A stretch of 64,000 nt of DNA from Burkholderiales bacterium. GTDB taxonomy: Bacteria; Pseudomonadota; Gammaproteobacteria; Burkholderiales; SG8-39. The notes under the pieces were generated by a model. That model saw only the letters and a program-made list of their open reading frames with translations, did no database searches and was not told the DNA's origin. Made by a program: the position numbers and the translations under genes. The stretch covers positions 14,201 through 78,200 of the forward strand of contig DASSQD010000069.1 of the NCBI GenBank assembly GCA_035702665.1, read 5' to 3'. Shown piece after piece: positions 53,303 to 60,753 of the stretch; position 1 is the first letter of the stretch, and every line of letters begins with the position of its first letter.

Positions 53303-53626
53303 ATGCCCCGTCCTCCGAAACGCTTTCTGATATCAATGCTTCTCGGGTTTGGGTCGGCGATTATCTTGATTGTGGTCACGTTCTTTAGTGCTCTAGAGTT
53401 TCGCGATTTCGCAGCATTCGTTTGGGCTCCGGGCGAGTTTCTTGTTCGCAGCTCTAACGCCATTTGTCCACCGTTCGGGGTCGAGTGTTTCCTCGGCTCG
53501 CGCCGGCAAGGTGCGCATCACCTTTGGCTCTTGATTTGCTTGCTTATTTCTTGGGGCTTCATGCTGTCGGTCGTCTGGTGGTGCGGTCTCAGCCTAACCG
53601 CGCGTTCGAGAGCGGACGCGCTGTGA
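53303..53626 (+). CDS. cassette ORF 1: small hydrophobic protein, unknown function
   Basis: 107 aa with three hydrophobic stretches (LISMLLGFGSAIILIVVTFF; HLWLLICLLISWGFMLSVVWW). ATG lies 8 nt after the core. The stop lies inside attC 2. Confidence 0.5.
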   Translation: MPRPPKRFLISMLLGFGSAIILIVVTFFSALEFRDFAAFVWAPGEFLVRSSNAICPPFGVECFLGSRRQGAHHLWLLICLLISWGFMLSVVWWCGLSLTARSRADAL

Positions 53627-53684
53627 AGCGGCGCGTCCTTGCGTCGTGTTTCCCGCGGCGCGCCGCTCAACGCGAACGTTAGGG
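53592..53684 (+). repeat. attC site 2 (canonical architecture)
   Basis: GCCTAAC-CGCGC-GTTCGAG ... CTCAAC-GCGAAC-GTTAGGG, 93 bp. The left inner repeat carries an unpaired G. Confidence 0.75.
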
Positions 53685-53689
53685 CGCCA

Positions 53690-54247
53690 ATGCGAATTGC
53701 CACGTCAGTCATGCTGTGTTCGCTTGCAAGTTTGCTCGCCTGCCAATCCACGACGACGGAAGCACCTTTCGCATCGCCTCCTTCGATTGCGTTGCCACCA
53801 GAGGGTGAGTCTTTGCTGTATCTCTTTCGACCCACGCTCGACCGGGTCGGCAAGTCCGAGAAACCAACTCTTACCGTCGATGACCAACTGGTTGGCGCGG
53901 TAAGCCACTCAACCTACACGTTCGTCTCGCTCAAACCAGGACGCCACCGCTTGAAGTTGATTCCGGGGCCAGGCGAGTCGTCCGGGTGGAACACCGAGGT
54001 CGGGTTTGAAGTTACGTCGGGTGAGACCTATTTCGTTGCCATCTGGAATCAAGATCAACGAGATACCCGACGTGCGATCCTGCCCATACCAGTCCCGGGG
54101 TCGCTGTACTTCGTTTCCATCGGCGGCCCATTCGGTCCGGAACCGAGGGTTCGGTTTGAGCCAGTTGATAGAGACGTCGGAGTTACCGCGCTTGTTGGCC
54201 TACGCTTCTTTGAGGCGCAGGCCAGTCACTTGACCGCGCAGCCATGA
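53690..54247 (+). CDS. cassette ORF 2: lipoprotein, DUF2846-like
   Basis: MRIATSVMLCSLASLLAC has a lipobox. LLYLFRP..TVDDQLVG..YTFVSLKPGRHRL..GETYFV is DUF2846-like. ATG lies 5 nt after the core. Confidence 0.6.
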   Translation: MRIATSVMLCSLASLLACQSTTTEAPFASPPSIALPPEGESLLYLFRPTLDRVGKSEKPTLTVDDQLVGAVSHSTYTFVSLKPGRHRLKLIPGPGESSGWNTEVGFEVTSGETYFVAIWNQDQRDTRRAILPIPVPGSLYFVSIGGPFGPEPRVRFEPVDRDVGVTALVGLRFFEAQASHLTAQP

Positions 54248-54251
54248 CCAC

Positions 54252-54344
54252 ACCTCTCAAGTGCCGCGCTAACATTTCGCTGCATCCGACGGTCTTGTCG
54301 CCCCTGCGCGGTGCCAAGACCGCGGCTGAGTTCGGCCGTTAGAG
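54252..54344 (+). repeat. attC-like site 3 (degenerate left end)
   Basis: Core GTTAGAG (54338-54344). The left end is either CCTCTCAAG (54252) or GCTAAC (54268-54273). Central palindrome CCGACGGTCTTG / CAAGACCGCGG. Confidence 0.5.
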
Positions 54345-54349
54345 GGCAT

Positions 54350-54883
54350 GTGCGCAGCTTGCTTATTACGGTCGTCGTAGCGTTGGCCGCAGCTTGCTCA
54401 CCATCTGAGTATGGTTTGAGCAGTAAGGATCCGGTGCATATGGCGATGCTGACAACTCAGATGCGAGATGCGGGGATCCCGTTCCGGACAAGTGCAGATG
54501 GAATGCTTTTGTACAAGCCTGAATACCGCGCGCAAGTAGAAGCAATCGATTCACGGCTGAATCGCCCTTATGTGGACGCCATCTTCGAGCGCGACGACTA
54601 CGCCAAGATTTATTTGGCTCAGCTCCTCGCGATGAATCGTAGCTACCACCTTTACACCACAGCCGGGAAGCAAGCCGTGCGATGGTGGCCTGAAAGCCCT
54701 GACGAGCCAATAATACTCAATGACCAAGTGGCGGTCGCTTGGCAGAAAGCTCAACCGACTGTCGTCGCCAAACCATGCGATCGGCAAGCGAAGCCCTCTA
54801 ACCGCGCACCCCAACCGGACGCGCGCACAAGCGCTTCGCCGTGCAGGGGTTATCGGCCGCGCCCCGGTGAGCGCGAACGTTAG
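54350..54883 (+). CDS. cassette ORF 3: lipoprotein, unknown function
   Basis: GTG start lies 5 nt after the core. (M)RSLLITVVVALAAAC has a lipobox. The TAG stop lies inside the core of attC 4. Confidence 0.55.
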   Translation: MRSLLITVVVALAAACSPSEYGLSSKDPVHMAMLTTQMRDAGIPFRTSADGMLLYKPEYRAQVEAIDSRLNRPYVDAIFERDDYAKIYLAQLLAMNRSYHLYTTAGKQAVRWWPESPDEPIILNDQVAVAWQKAQPTVVAKPCDRQAKPSNRAPQPDARTSASPCRGYRPRPGERER

Positions 54884-54885
54884 GC
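54796..54885 (+). repeat. attC site 4
   Basis: CTCTAAC-CGCGC... ...GAGCGCGAAC-GTTAGGC, 90 bp. Shares AACCGCGC and GCGAACGTTAGG with attC 2. Confidence 0.65.
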
Positions 54886-54964
54886 CTCAGATGACGCGAC
54901 AAAGCAAACGTCAACGCTGGATTGGGCCGCCCTACCGACCAATAGCGATCAACGAGGAGTTGCG

Positions 54965-55402
54965 ATGATGACCAATTCACAAACCCCCGCGTGGGCAACC
55001 GCAGCCGTGCTCATAGGACGCTTTGTTTTCGCCGCAGTTTTCCTCATGGCACTGATATTCAAGGTGATGGATATCGATGGCACGGCGGCTTATATCGCGG
55101 CGGCCGGCTTCCCTGTTCCGAAGGTTCTTGCCTGGTTGGCGGCGCTGTTCGAGCTGGCGCTGACCGGTTGCCTCCTGACCGGAGCTTTCTTCGCTGAAGC
55201 CGCATTGCTTGCGGCGGCTTACGTGCTCTTCCTCGCTTTTGCGTTTCACGGTCCGTCGCATTGGAGCGGAAGTCAGACGGAGTTCGGCTTCTTCGTCGAT
55301 CACTTCACGTTCATAGCGGGCCTTCTGTTTGCGGCCGTGCATGGACCCGGTACACGGCTGGCGATCACTCTCCGCTTCCTCAGGACGCCCGCGAAAACGT
55401 GA
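54965..55402 (+). CDS. cassette ORF 4: DoxX-family membrane protein
   Basis: Four hydrophobic helices in a DoxX-like layout (GRFVFAAVFLMALIFKV..AAYIAAAGFP..ELALTGCLL). GAGGAG SD at 54954-54959. Confidence 0.7.
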   Translation: MMTNSQTPAWATAAVLIGRFVFAAVFLMALIFKVMDIDGTAAYIAAAGFPVPKVLAWLAALFELALTGCLLTGAFFAEAALLAAAYVLFLAFAFHGPSHWSGSQTEFGFFVDHFTFIAGLLFAAVHGPGTRLAITLRFLRTPAKT

Positions 55403-55459
55403 ACAACTCCACGTTAGCTGACCACCAGGTAGTTCCGCTCCGAGCTTAGGTCAGCCATC

Positions 55460-56104
55460 GTGTCCAAGGTTCGCGTTCTCAGCTTCGCAGTTTCGGTCGA
55501 CGGCTTCGGCGCCGGTCCGCTCCAGGACATGCAGAACCCGATCGGGGTGCGCGGCATGGAGCTCATGGAATGGTTCTTCCACACCCGCGCGTGGCGAAGC
55601 ATGCACGGCCAATCGGACGGGGAGACGGGCGTCGACAACGGCATGGCCGAGCGCGGCTTTGCCGGCATCGGGGCGTGGGTCCTCGGGCGCAACATGTTCG
55701 GGCCGGTGCGCGGCCCCTGGCCGGACGAATCCTGGCGCGGCTGGTGGGGCGAGGAGCCGCCGTATCACGTGCCGGTCTTCGTGCTGACCCGCCATCGCCG
55801 CGCGCCGCTCCGGATGGCCGGGGGCACGGAGTTCCGTTTCGTGACGGAAGGGATCGAGGCGGCGCTTGCGCAGGCGAAGGAAGCGGCCGGCGTCGGGGAC
55901 GTGCGCATCGGCGGCGGCGTCGCGACGGTCCGCCAGTATCTTCAGGCGCGGCTGATCGACGAGCTGCATCTCGCGATCCGGCCGGTCCTCATGGGCGCGG
56001 GCGAACGCCTGTGGGAGGGGCTGGACCTCGCGTCGCTGGGATACGAATGCTCCGAGGCGGTCGCCGGGGAGCGCGCCTATCACGTGTTCCTGAGGCGCCG
56101 CTAG
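55460..56104 (+). CDS. dihydrofolate-reductase-family protein (RibD C-terminal domain type)
   Basis: VRVLSFAVSVDGF..WVLGRNMF..PVFVLTRH..VRIGGGVATVRQYL..DELHLAIRPVLMGAGERL. Confidence 0.75.
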   Translation: MSKVRVLSFAVSVDGFGAGPLQDMQNPIGVRGMELMEWFFHTRAWRSMHGQSDGETGVDNGMAERGFAGIGAWVLGRNMFGPVRGPWPDESWRGWWGEEPPYHVPVFVLTRHRRAPLRMAGGTEFRFVTEGIEAALAQAKEAAGVGDVRIGGGVATVRQYLQARLIDELHLAIRPVLMGAGERLWEGLDLASLGYECSEAVAGERAYHVFLRRR

Positions 56105-56110
56105 CCGGAG

Positions 56111-56827
56111 CTACCAGGGAATCGGCTTCAGGGCCCGGAAGAATCCGCCCGTCGGACCGTCGTCGGGCAGGGTGGCCGCCCACACGATCGTCTTCACGCC
56201 TTCCTCGGGCTCGAGCTTCGCCTGCGGCCCGCCCATGTCGGTCTTCACCCATCCGGGGCACACCGAGTTGACGAGCACGCCCGTGCCGCCCAGCTCCGCG
56301 GAAAAAATGCGCGTCAGCGCGTTGAGCGCCGTCTTCGAGATACGGTAGGCGGGATAGCCGCCGCCCATGTCGTTGAGCTGCCCGAGTCCGGAGGAGACGT
56401 TGACGATGCGTCCGTAGCGGCGCTCGCGCATGCCCGGCGCGAGCGCCTGGATGACGCGATAGGCACCGAGCACATTCGTCTCGAAGGTCTCGCGAAGCAG
56501 GTCCGGCGGGATGTCGAGCGCGCTTTCGCTCAGGAGGCCCGCGGCGAGCGGGTTCTCGTCGCTCTCGAGCATCACGCCCGCGTTGTTGACGAGCGCATCG
56601 ATCGCGCCGATCTCCTCCAGCCGCGCGCAGCTCGCGTCGCTCGCGACGTCGAGCTCGACAGGACGGACGTCGAGCTTCTCGCCGCGGAGGAGTTTCGCGG
56701 CGGCTTCGGCATTGCGGAGGTCTCGCGAGGCGAGAAGGACGCGGTAGCCGGCGCGCGCCAGCTGGCGCGAGGTCTCGAGACCCAGGCCGCGGTTCGCTCC
56801 GGTGACGAGCGCGGTGCGCGCGGCCAT
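56111..56827 (-). CDS. classical SDR oxidoreductase (carbonyl-reductase-like)
   Basis: ALVTGANRGLG, NNAG, S...YRISK. ATG 56827 shares one base with the efp TGA. The 411-aa track ORF is a run-on into efp antisense frames. Confidence 0.85.
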   Translation of the reverse strand: MAARTALVTGANRGLGLETSRQLARAGYRVLLASRDLRNAEAAAKLLRGEKLDVRPVELDVASDASCARLEEIGAIDALVNNAGVMLESDENPLAAGLLSESALDIPPDLLRETFETNVLGAYRVIQALAPGMRERRYGRIVNVSSGLGQLNDMGGGYPAYRISKTALNALTRIFSAELGGTGVLVNSVCPGWVKTDMGGPQAKLEPEEGVKTIVWAATLPDDGPTGGFFRALKPIPW

Positions 56828-57393
56828 CAGGCGCGCTCGATGTACGCGCCGTCGTCGGTGTTGATCTTGATCTTCTCGCCGGTGCCGATGAAGGGCGGCA
56901 CCTGGACGACGAGCCCGGTCTCGGTCTTCGCGGGCTTGAACGACGTGGTGACGGTCGCGTTCTTGATCTCCGGGTCGGTCTCGGTGACGGTGAGCACGAC
57001 CGAGGGAGGGAGCTCCAGGCCGATCGGCTTCTCGTTGTAGAAGGTCACTTTCACGTCGGTGTTGGGCAGGAGGTAGCCGCTCTGTCCCTCGAGCATGTCT
57101 TCCGAGAGCGTGAGCTGCTCGTAGTTCTCCTTGTCCATGAACACGAAGCCGGTGCCGTCGTGGTAGAGGTACTGCATCTCGCGCGGCTCGACGAAGGCGC
57201 GCTCGACCTTGTCCTCCGTGCGGATGCGCTGGTTGGTCTTCGTGCCGCTGTCGATGTCCTTCATCTCGACCTGCATGAAGGCGCCGCCGCGTCCGCCGAC
57301 GTGCACGTGATAGCATTTGATGACGCGCCAGATCCGCTTTTCCCACTCGATGAGGTGGCCGATGCGGATATCGACTGCCAGGATCTTAGCCAT
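56827..57393 (-). CDS. efp: elongation factor P (Arg at loop tip)
   Basis: MAKILAVDIRIGHLI..HVHVGGRGGAFMQVEMKDI..VERAFVE..FMDKENYEQ..KPAKTETGLVVQVPPFI. ATG 57393 preferred over TTG 57408. Confidence 0.9.
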   Translation of the reverse strand: MAKILAVDIRIGHLIEWEKRIWRVIKCYHVHVGGRGGAFMQVEMKDIDSGTKTNQRIRTEDKVERAFVEPREMQYLYHDGTGFVFMDKENYEQLTLSEDMLEGQSGYLLPNTDVKVTFYNEKPIGLELPPSVVLTVTETDPEIKNATVTTSFKPAKTETGLVVQVPPFIGTGEKIKINTDDGAYIERA

Positions 57394-57448
57394 GGTTGTT
57401 CGCAACAAAAGGGCGGCATTTTATAACACCGGCGCAGCGAAGTCATCG

Positions 57449-58075
57449 ATGTTCGATCCCGGCTGCCGCGATTGTCCGCGCCTCGCGGACCACCTCGATC
57501 GAGTGCGCAGGGACCATCCCGGCTACCATGCCCGGCCGGTCGCGCCTTTCGGGCCCGCGCGCGCGGAGCTTCTCGTCGTCGGCCTCGCGCCCGGCTTGCA
57601 CGGGGCGAACCGCACCGGCCGGCCGTTCACCGGGGATCACGCCGGCATTCTCCTGTACCAGGTTCTCCACCGTCGGGGATTCGCGAACCACGAGGGCTCG
57701 GCCGAGCCGGACGACGGCCTCGAGCTGAAGGGATGCCGCGTCACCAACGCGGTGAAATGCCTGCCGCCGCAGAACAAGCCGCAGCCCGACGAAGTCAGGC
57801 GCTGCAACCGTTACCTCGCGGCGGAGATCGCCGCCGTGGGGCCCCGGGCGATTCTCGCCCTGGGCGCGATCGCCCACCGCGCGGTGCTGATGGCGCTGGG
57901 CCTGGCGCCGGGCCAATGGCGCTTCGCGCACCATGCCGTCCACGAGCTGCCGTCGCTGCGGCTTTTCGATAGCTACCACTGCAGCCGCTATAATACCCAG
58001 ACCAAGCGGCTCACCGCCGCCATGTTCGAGGCGGTGATCCGCGACATCGCGACCTTTCTCCGCGGCAGTCGATGA
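57449..58075 (+). CDS. uracil-DNA glycosylase superfamily protein (family 4/5 type)
   Basis: CRDCPRL..LLVVGLAPGLHGANRTGRPFTGD..VTNAVKC..DSYHCSRYN. Confidence 0.8.
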   Translation: MFDPGCRDCPRLADHLDRVRRDHPGYHARPVAPFGPARAELLVVGLAPGLHGANRTGRPFTGDHAGILLYQVLHRRGFANHEGSAEPDDGLELKGCRVTNAVKCLPPQNKPQPDEVRRCNRYLAAEIAAVGPRAILALGAIAHRAVLMALGLAPGQWRFAHHAVHELPSLRLFDSYHCSRYNTQTKRLTAAMFEAVIRDIATFLRGSR

Positions 58076-59931
58076 TTCTCCAACGCAAGGCGCTCCCTCC
58101 GCAGGGACGCGCGGGCGCAACGCCCGTCGTGCCCTTCGACCCGCGGGCGCTGCTCGCTTCGCTCCCGGGGCTGCCGGGTGTGTATCGCATGTTCGGGGCA
58201 GAAGGCGAGCCGCTCTACGTCGGCAAGGCCGGAGACCTGAAGAAGCGAGTCTCCTCCTACTTCCAGAAATCCGACCACGGTCCGCGCATAGAGATGATGC
58301 TCAGCCAGGTGACCGGCGTGGAGATCACCGTGACGCGCTCGGAAGCCGAGGCGTTGATCCTCGAGAACAACCTGATCAAGTCGCTCGCGCCCCGCTACAA
58401 CATCCTTTTCCGCGACGACAAGTCCTACCCCTATCTCATGGTGAGCGGGGAGGAGTTTCCGCGCCTCGGCTTCCATCGCGGGCCGATGGACAAGGCGCAC
58501 CGCTACTTCGGCCCGTTTCCGCACGCGGGGGCCGTGCGCGAGAGCATTCAGCTGCTGCAGCGCGTGTTCCGCCTGCGCACCTGCGAGAACTCGGTGTTCC
58601 AGAACCGCTCGCGGCCGTGCCTGCTCTATCAGATCAGGCGCTGCACCGCGCCCTGCGTCGGCCAGATCTCTCCCTCGGCGTACGCCGAGGACGTCAAGGG
58701 CGCGCAGCTCTATCTCGAGGGCCGCAGCGACGCCGCCCTCAAGCGCCTCGAGGAGAGGATGCAGCGCGCCTCCGACGAGCGGCGCTACGAAGAAGCCGCC
58801 GTCTACCGCGATCAGATCCAGTCGCTCGTGAAGGTCAGCCAGCGCCAGTACGCCGATACGGGCGACGACGTCGACGTCGACGTGATCGCCGTCGTCATGG
58901 ACGAGGGCCTCGTCTGCGTCAACCTGATGATGGTGCGCGGCGGCCTGCAGCTCGGCGATCGCAGCCTCTTCCCGCAGAACGCCGAGGAGCGCGACGCCGG
59001 GGAGGTGCTTTCGGCGTTCATCGCGCAGCACTATCTCGAGCGGCCGGTTCCGCCGCTCATCGTCGCGAGCGAGGAGATCGATGCGCAGGAGCTCGAGGCG
59101 ACGCTGACCGAGCACGCCAAGCGGGGCGTGCGCATCGTGACGCGTCCGACGGCCGAGCGCCGCGCCTGGCTCGAGATGGCGCGGGAGAACGCGCTCCAGG
59201 CGCTCAAGGCGCGGCTCGCCGAGCGGAGCACGCAAGGAAGCCGCCTCGCAGCGCTGCGCGAAGCGCTGGGCCTGCCCGACACCGCGCAGCGCATCGAATG
59301 CTTCGACATCAGCCACACCATGGGCGAGGCGACGGTCGCCGCCTGCGTGGTGTACGATCGAAGCGACATGCGCCGGGGCGAATACCGCCGCTACAACATC
59401 GAGGGGTTGACGCCCGGAGACGACTACGCGGCGCTCAACCAGGCCCTCGCGCGCCGCTACGGCCGGATCGCGAGCGGGGAGGGCGTGGCCCCGGACGCGA
59501 TCTTCATCGACGGCGGCAAGGGGCAGGTCGGCGCCGCGTGGGAAGCGCTGGCCGAAGTGGGACTCTCCGATATCACGCTCGTCGGCATCGCCAAGGGAGC
59601 CGAGCGCAAGCCCGGGCTCGAGGAGCTGTGGATCGGCGAGCGCGCGGTGAGGCTCGCGCCCGATCATCCCGGGCTGCACCTGATCCAGCACATCCGCGAC
59701 GAGGCGCACCGCTTCGCGATCGCCGGACACCGCGCGCGGCGCTCCAAGCGCCGCACGACATCCTCGCTCGAGGGCATTGCAGGGGTGGGCGCCAAGCGCC
59801 GCAGGCAGCTCCTGACCCGGTTCGGCGGGCTCAAGGGGGTCATGGGAGCGAGCGTGGAGGACCTGACCCAGGTCGAGGGCATCAGCCGCAAGCTGGCGGA
59901 GAAGATCTACCGGGAGCTCCATGCCGCTTAA
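58072..59931 (+). CDS. uvrC: excinuclease ABC subunit C
   Basis: GIY-YIG (PGVYRMF..LYVGKA), a UVR domain, an endonuclease domain and a C-terminal HhH (GIAGVGAKRRRQLL). Confidence 0.96.
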   Translation: MILQRKALPPQGRAGATPVVPFDPRALLASLPGLPGVYRMFGAEGEPLYVGKAGDLKKRVSSYFQKSDHGPRIEMMLSQVTGVEITVTRSEAEALILENNLIKSLAPRYNILFRDDKSYPYLMVSGEEFPRLGFHRGPMDKAHRYFGPFPHAGAVRESIQLLQRVFRLRTCENSVFQNRSRPCLLYQIRRCTAPCVGQISPSAYAEDVKGAQLYLEGRSDAALKRLEERMQRASDERRYEEAAVYRDQIQSLVKVSQRQYADTGDDVDVDVIAVVMDEGLVCVNLMMVRGGLQLGDRSLFPQNAEERDAGEVLSAFIAQHYLERPVPPLIVASEEIDAQELEATLTEHAKRGVRIVTRPTAERRAWLEMARENALQALKARLAERSTQGSRLAALREALGLPDTAQRIECFDISHTMGEATVAACVVYDRSDMRRGEYRRYNIEGLTPGDDYAALNQALARRYGRIASGEGVAPDAIFIDGGKGQVGAAWEALAEVGLSDITLVGIAKGAERKPGLEELWIGERAVRLAPDHPGLHLIQHIRDEAHRFAIAGHRARRSKRRTTSSLEGIAGVGAKRRRQLLTRFGGLKGVMGASVEDLTQVEGISRKLAEKIYRELHAA

Positions 59932-60523
59932 CGTTCCCAACCTGCTGACGTGGCTGCGCATCATCATGATTCCGCTCGTGATCGGGGTGTTCTACGCGCC
60001 GCCGTCGTGGCTCTCGGCGTGGCAGCAGAACCTGATCGCGACGGTGCTGTTCATCGGCGCCGCGATCACCGACTGGCTGGACGGTTATCTCGCGCGGCGG
60101 CTGAACCAGCAATCGGCCTTCGGCGCCTTTCTCGATCCGGTGGCCGACAAGCTCATGATCGCCGCCGCGCTCATCGTGCTCGTCCAGCTCCAGCGCGCCG
60201 ACGCCATCATCGCCGTCGTCATCATCGGCCGGGAGATCGCGATCTCGGCGATGCGCGAATGGATGGCGAAGATCGGCCAGTCGAAGAGCGTAGCGGTAAA
60301 TTTCCTGGGGAAGGTCAAGACCATATCGCAGATGATCGCGGTGCCGATGCTGCTGTACCACGACCCGATCGGCCCGCTCGACACGCAGCGCATCGGCACC
60401 TGGCTGATCTACCTCGCCGCGATCCTCACGCTGGTATCGATGTTCAATTATCTGCAGCGGGCGCTCGCGCCGCGGCCGCCGTGGGACCGCCGGCGTATTG
60501 ACCGGAGGGGGACAGCTCCTTAA
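59921..60523 (+). CDS. pgsA: CDP-diacylglycerol--glycerol-3-phosphate 3-phosphatidyltransferase
   Basis: NLLTWLRI..DWLDGYLARRLNQQSAFGAFLDPVADK (CDP-alcohol phosphatidyltransferase motif). Confidence 0.93.
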   Translation: MPLNVPNLLTWLRIIMIPLVIGVFYAPPSWLSAWQQNLIATVLFIGAAITDWLDGYLARRLNQQSAFGAFLDPVADKLMIAAALIVLVQLQRADAIIAVVIIGREIAISAMREWMAKIGQSKSVAVNFLGKVKTISQMIAVPMLLYHDPIGPLDTQRIGTWLIYLAAILTLVSMFNYLQRALAPRPPWDRRRIDRRGTAP

Positions 60524-60526
60524 AAT
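60498..60526 (+). promoter_or_regulatory. sigma-70-type promoter for the tRNA Gly-Cys-Leu operon
   Basis: TTGACC (60498-60503), a 17-nt spacer, TAAAAT (60521-60526). The -10 contains the pgsA TAA stop. tRNA-Gly starts at 60540. Confidence 0.6.
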
Positions 60527-60539
60527 TCGCTTTAATTCC

Positions 60540-60615
60540 GCGGGAATAGCTCAGTTGGTAGAGCGCAACCTTGCCAAGGTTGAGGTCGCGAGTTCGAGAC
60601 TCGTTTCCCGCTCCA
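60540..60615 (+). tRNA. tRNA-Gly (GCC)
   Basis: GCGGGAATAGCTCAGTTGGTAGAGCGCAACCTTGCCAAGGTTGAGGTCGCGAGTTCGAGACTCGTTTCCCGCTCCA, near-identical in pattern to E. coli glyW. Confidence 0.95.
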
Positions 60616-60660
60616 GGATTTCCGGAACAGCTCGCGTCGCTGTTCCTGTTCAAGGCACAC

Positions 60661-60734
60661 GGCGGGATGGCAGAGTGGTCATGCAGCGGCCTGCAAAGCC
60701 GTGGACGCCGGTTCGATTCCGACTCCCGCCTCCA
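60661..60734 (+). tRNA. tRNA-Cys (GCA)
   Basis: Acceptor GGCGGGA/TCCCGCC, anticodon loop CTGCAAA, T-arm GGTTCGATTCC, CCA end. Confidence 0.92.
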
Positions 60735-60753
60735 AAACCATCACTGCGATCCG

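Larger units (their letters stand above)
53203..55451 (+). mobile_element. integron-type gene cassette array without integrase in window (CALIN-like)
   Basis: Low-GC block (29/60 G+C in the line at 53281 versus 41/60 at 52981, hand counts). Four ~90-bp attC-like imperfect palindromes end in GTTRRRY. All ORFs are co-oriented, each starting 5-8 nt after a core. Confidence 0.7.

Noticed and set aside
53464-53682. 72-aa ORF spanning attC 2 and ending in its core (TAG in GTTAGGG); also minus-strand ORFs at 53248-53463 and 53518-53853
   Set aside because: They overlap cassette ORF 1 or the attC palindrome and have no start context or motif. The co-oriented cassette ORFs with signal peptides explain the region better.
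56111-57346. 411-aa minus-strand ORF that would fuse the SDR with upstream sequence
   Set aside because: The upstream 170 codons run antisense or out of frame through efp. The SDR Rossmann motif begins right at ATG 56827, which overlaps the efp stop.
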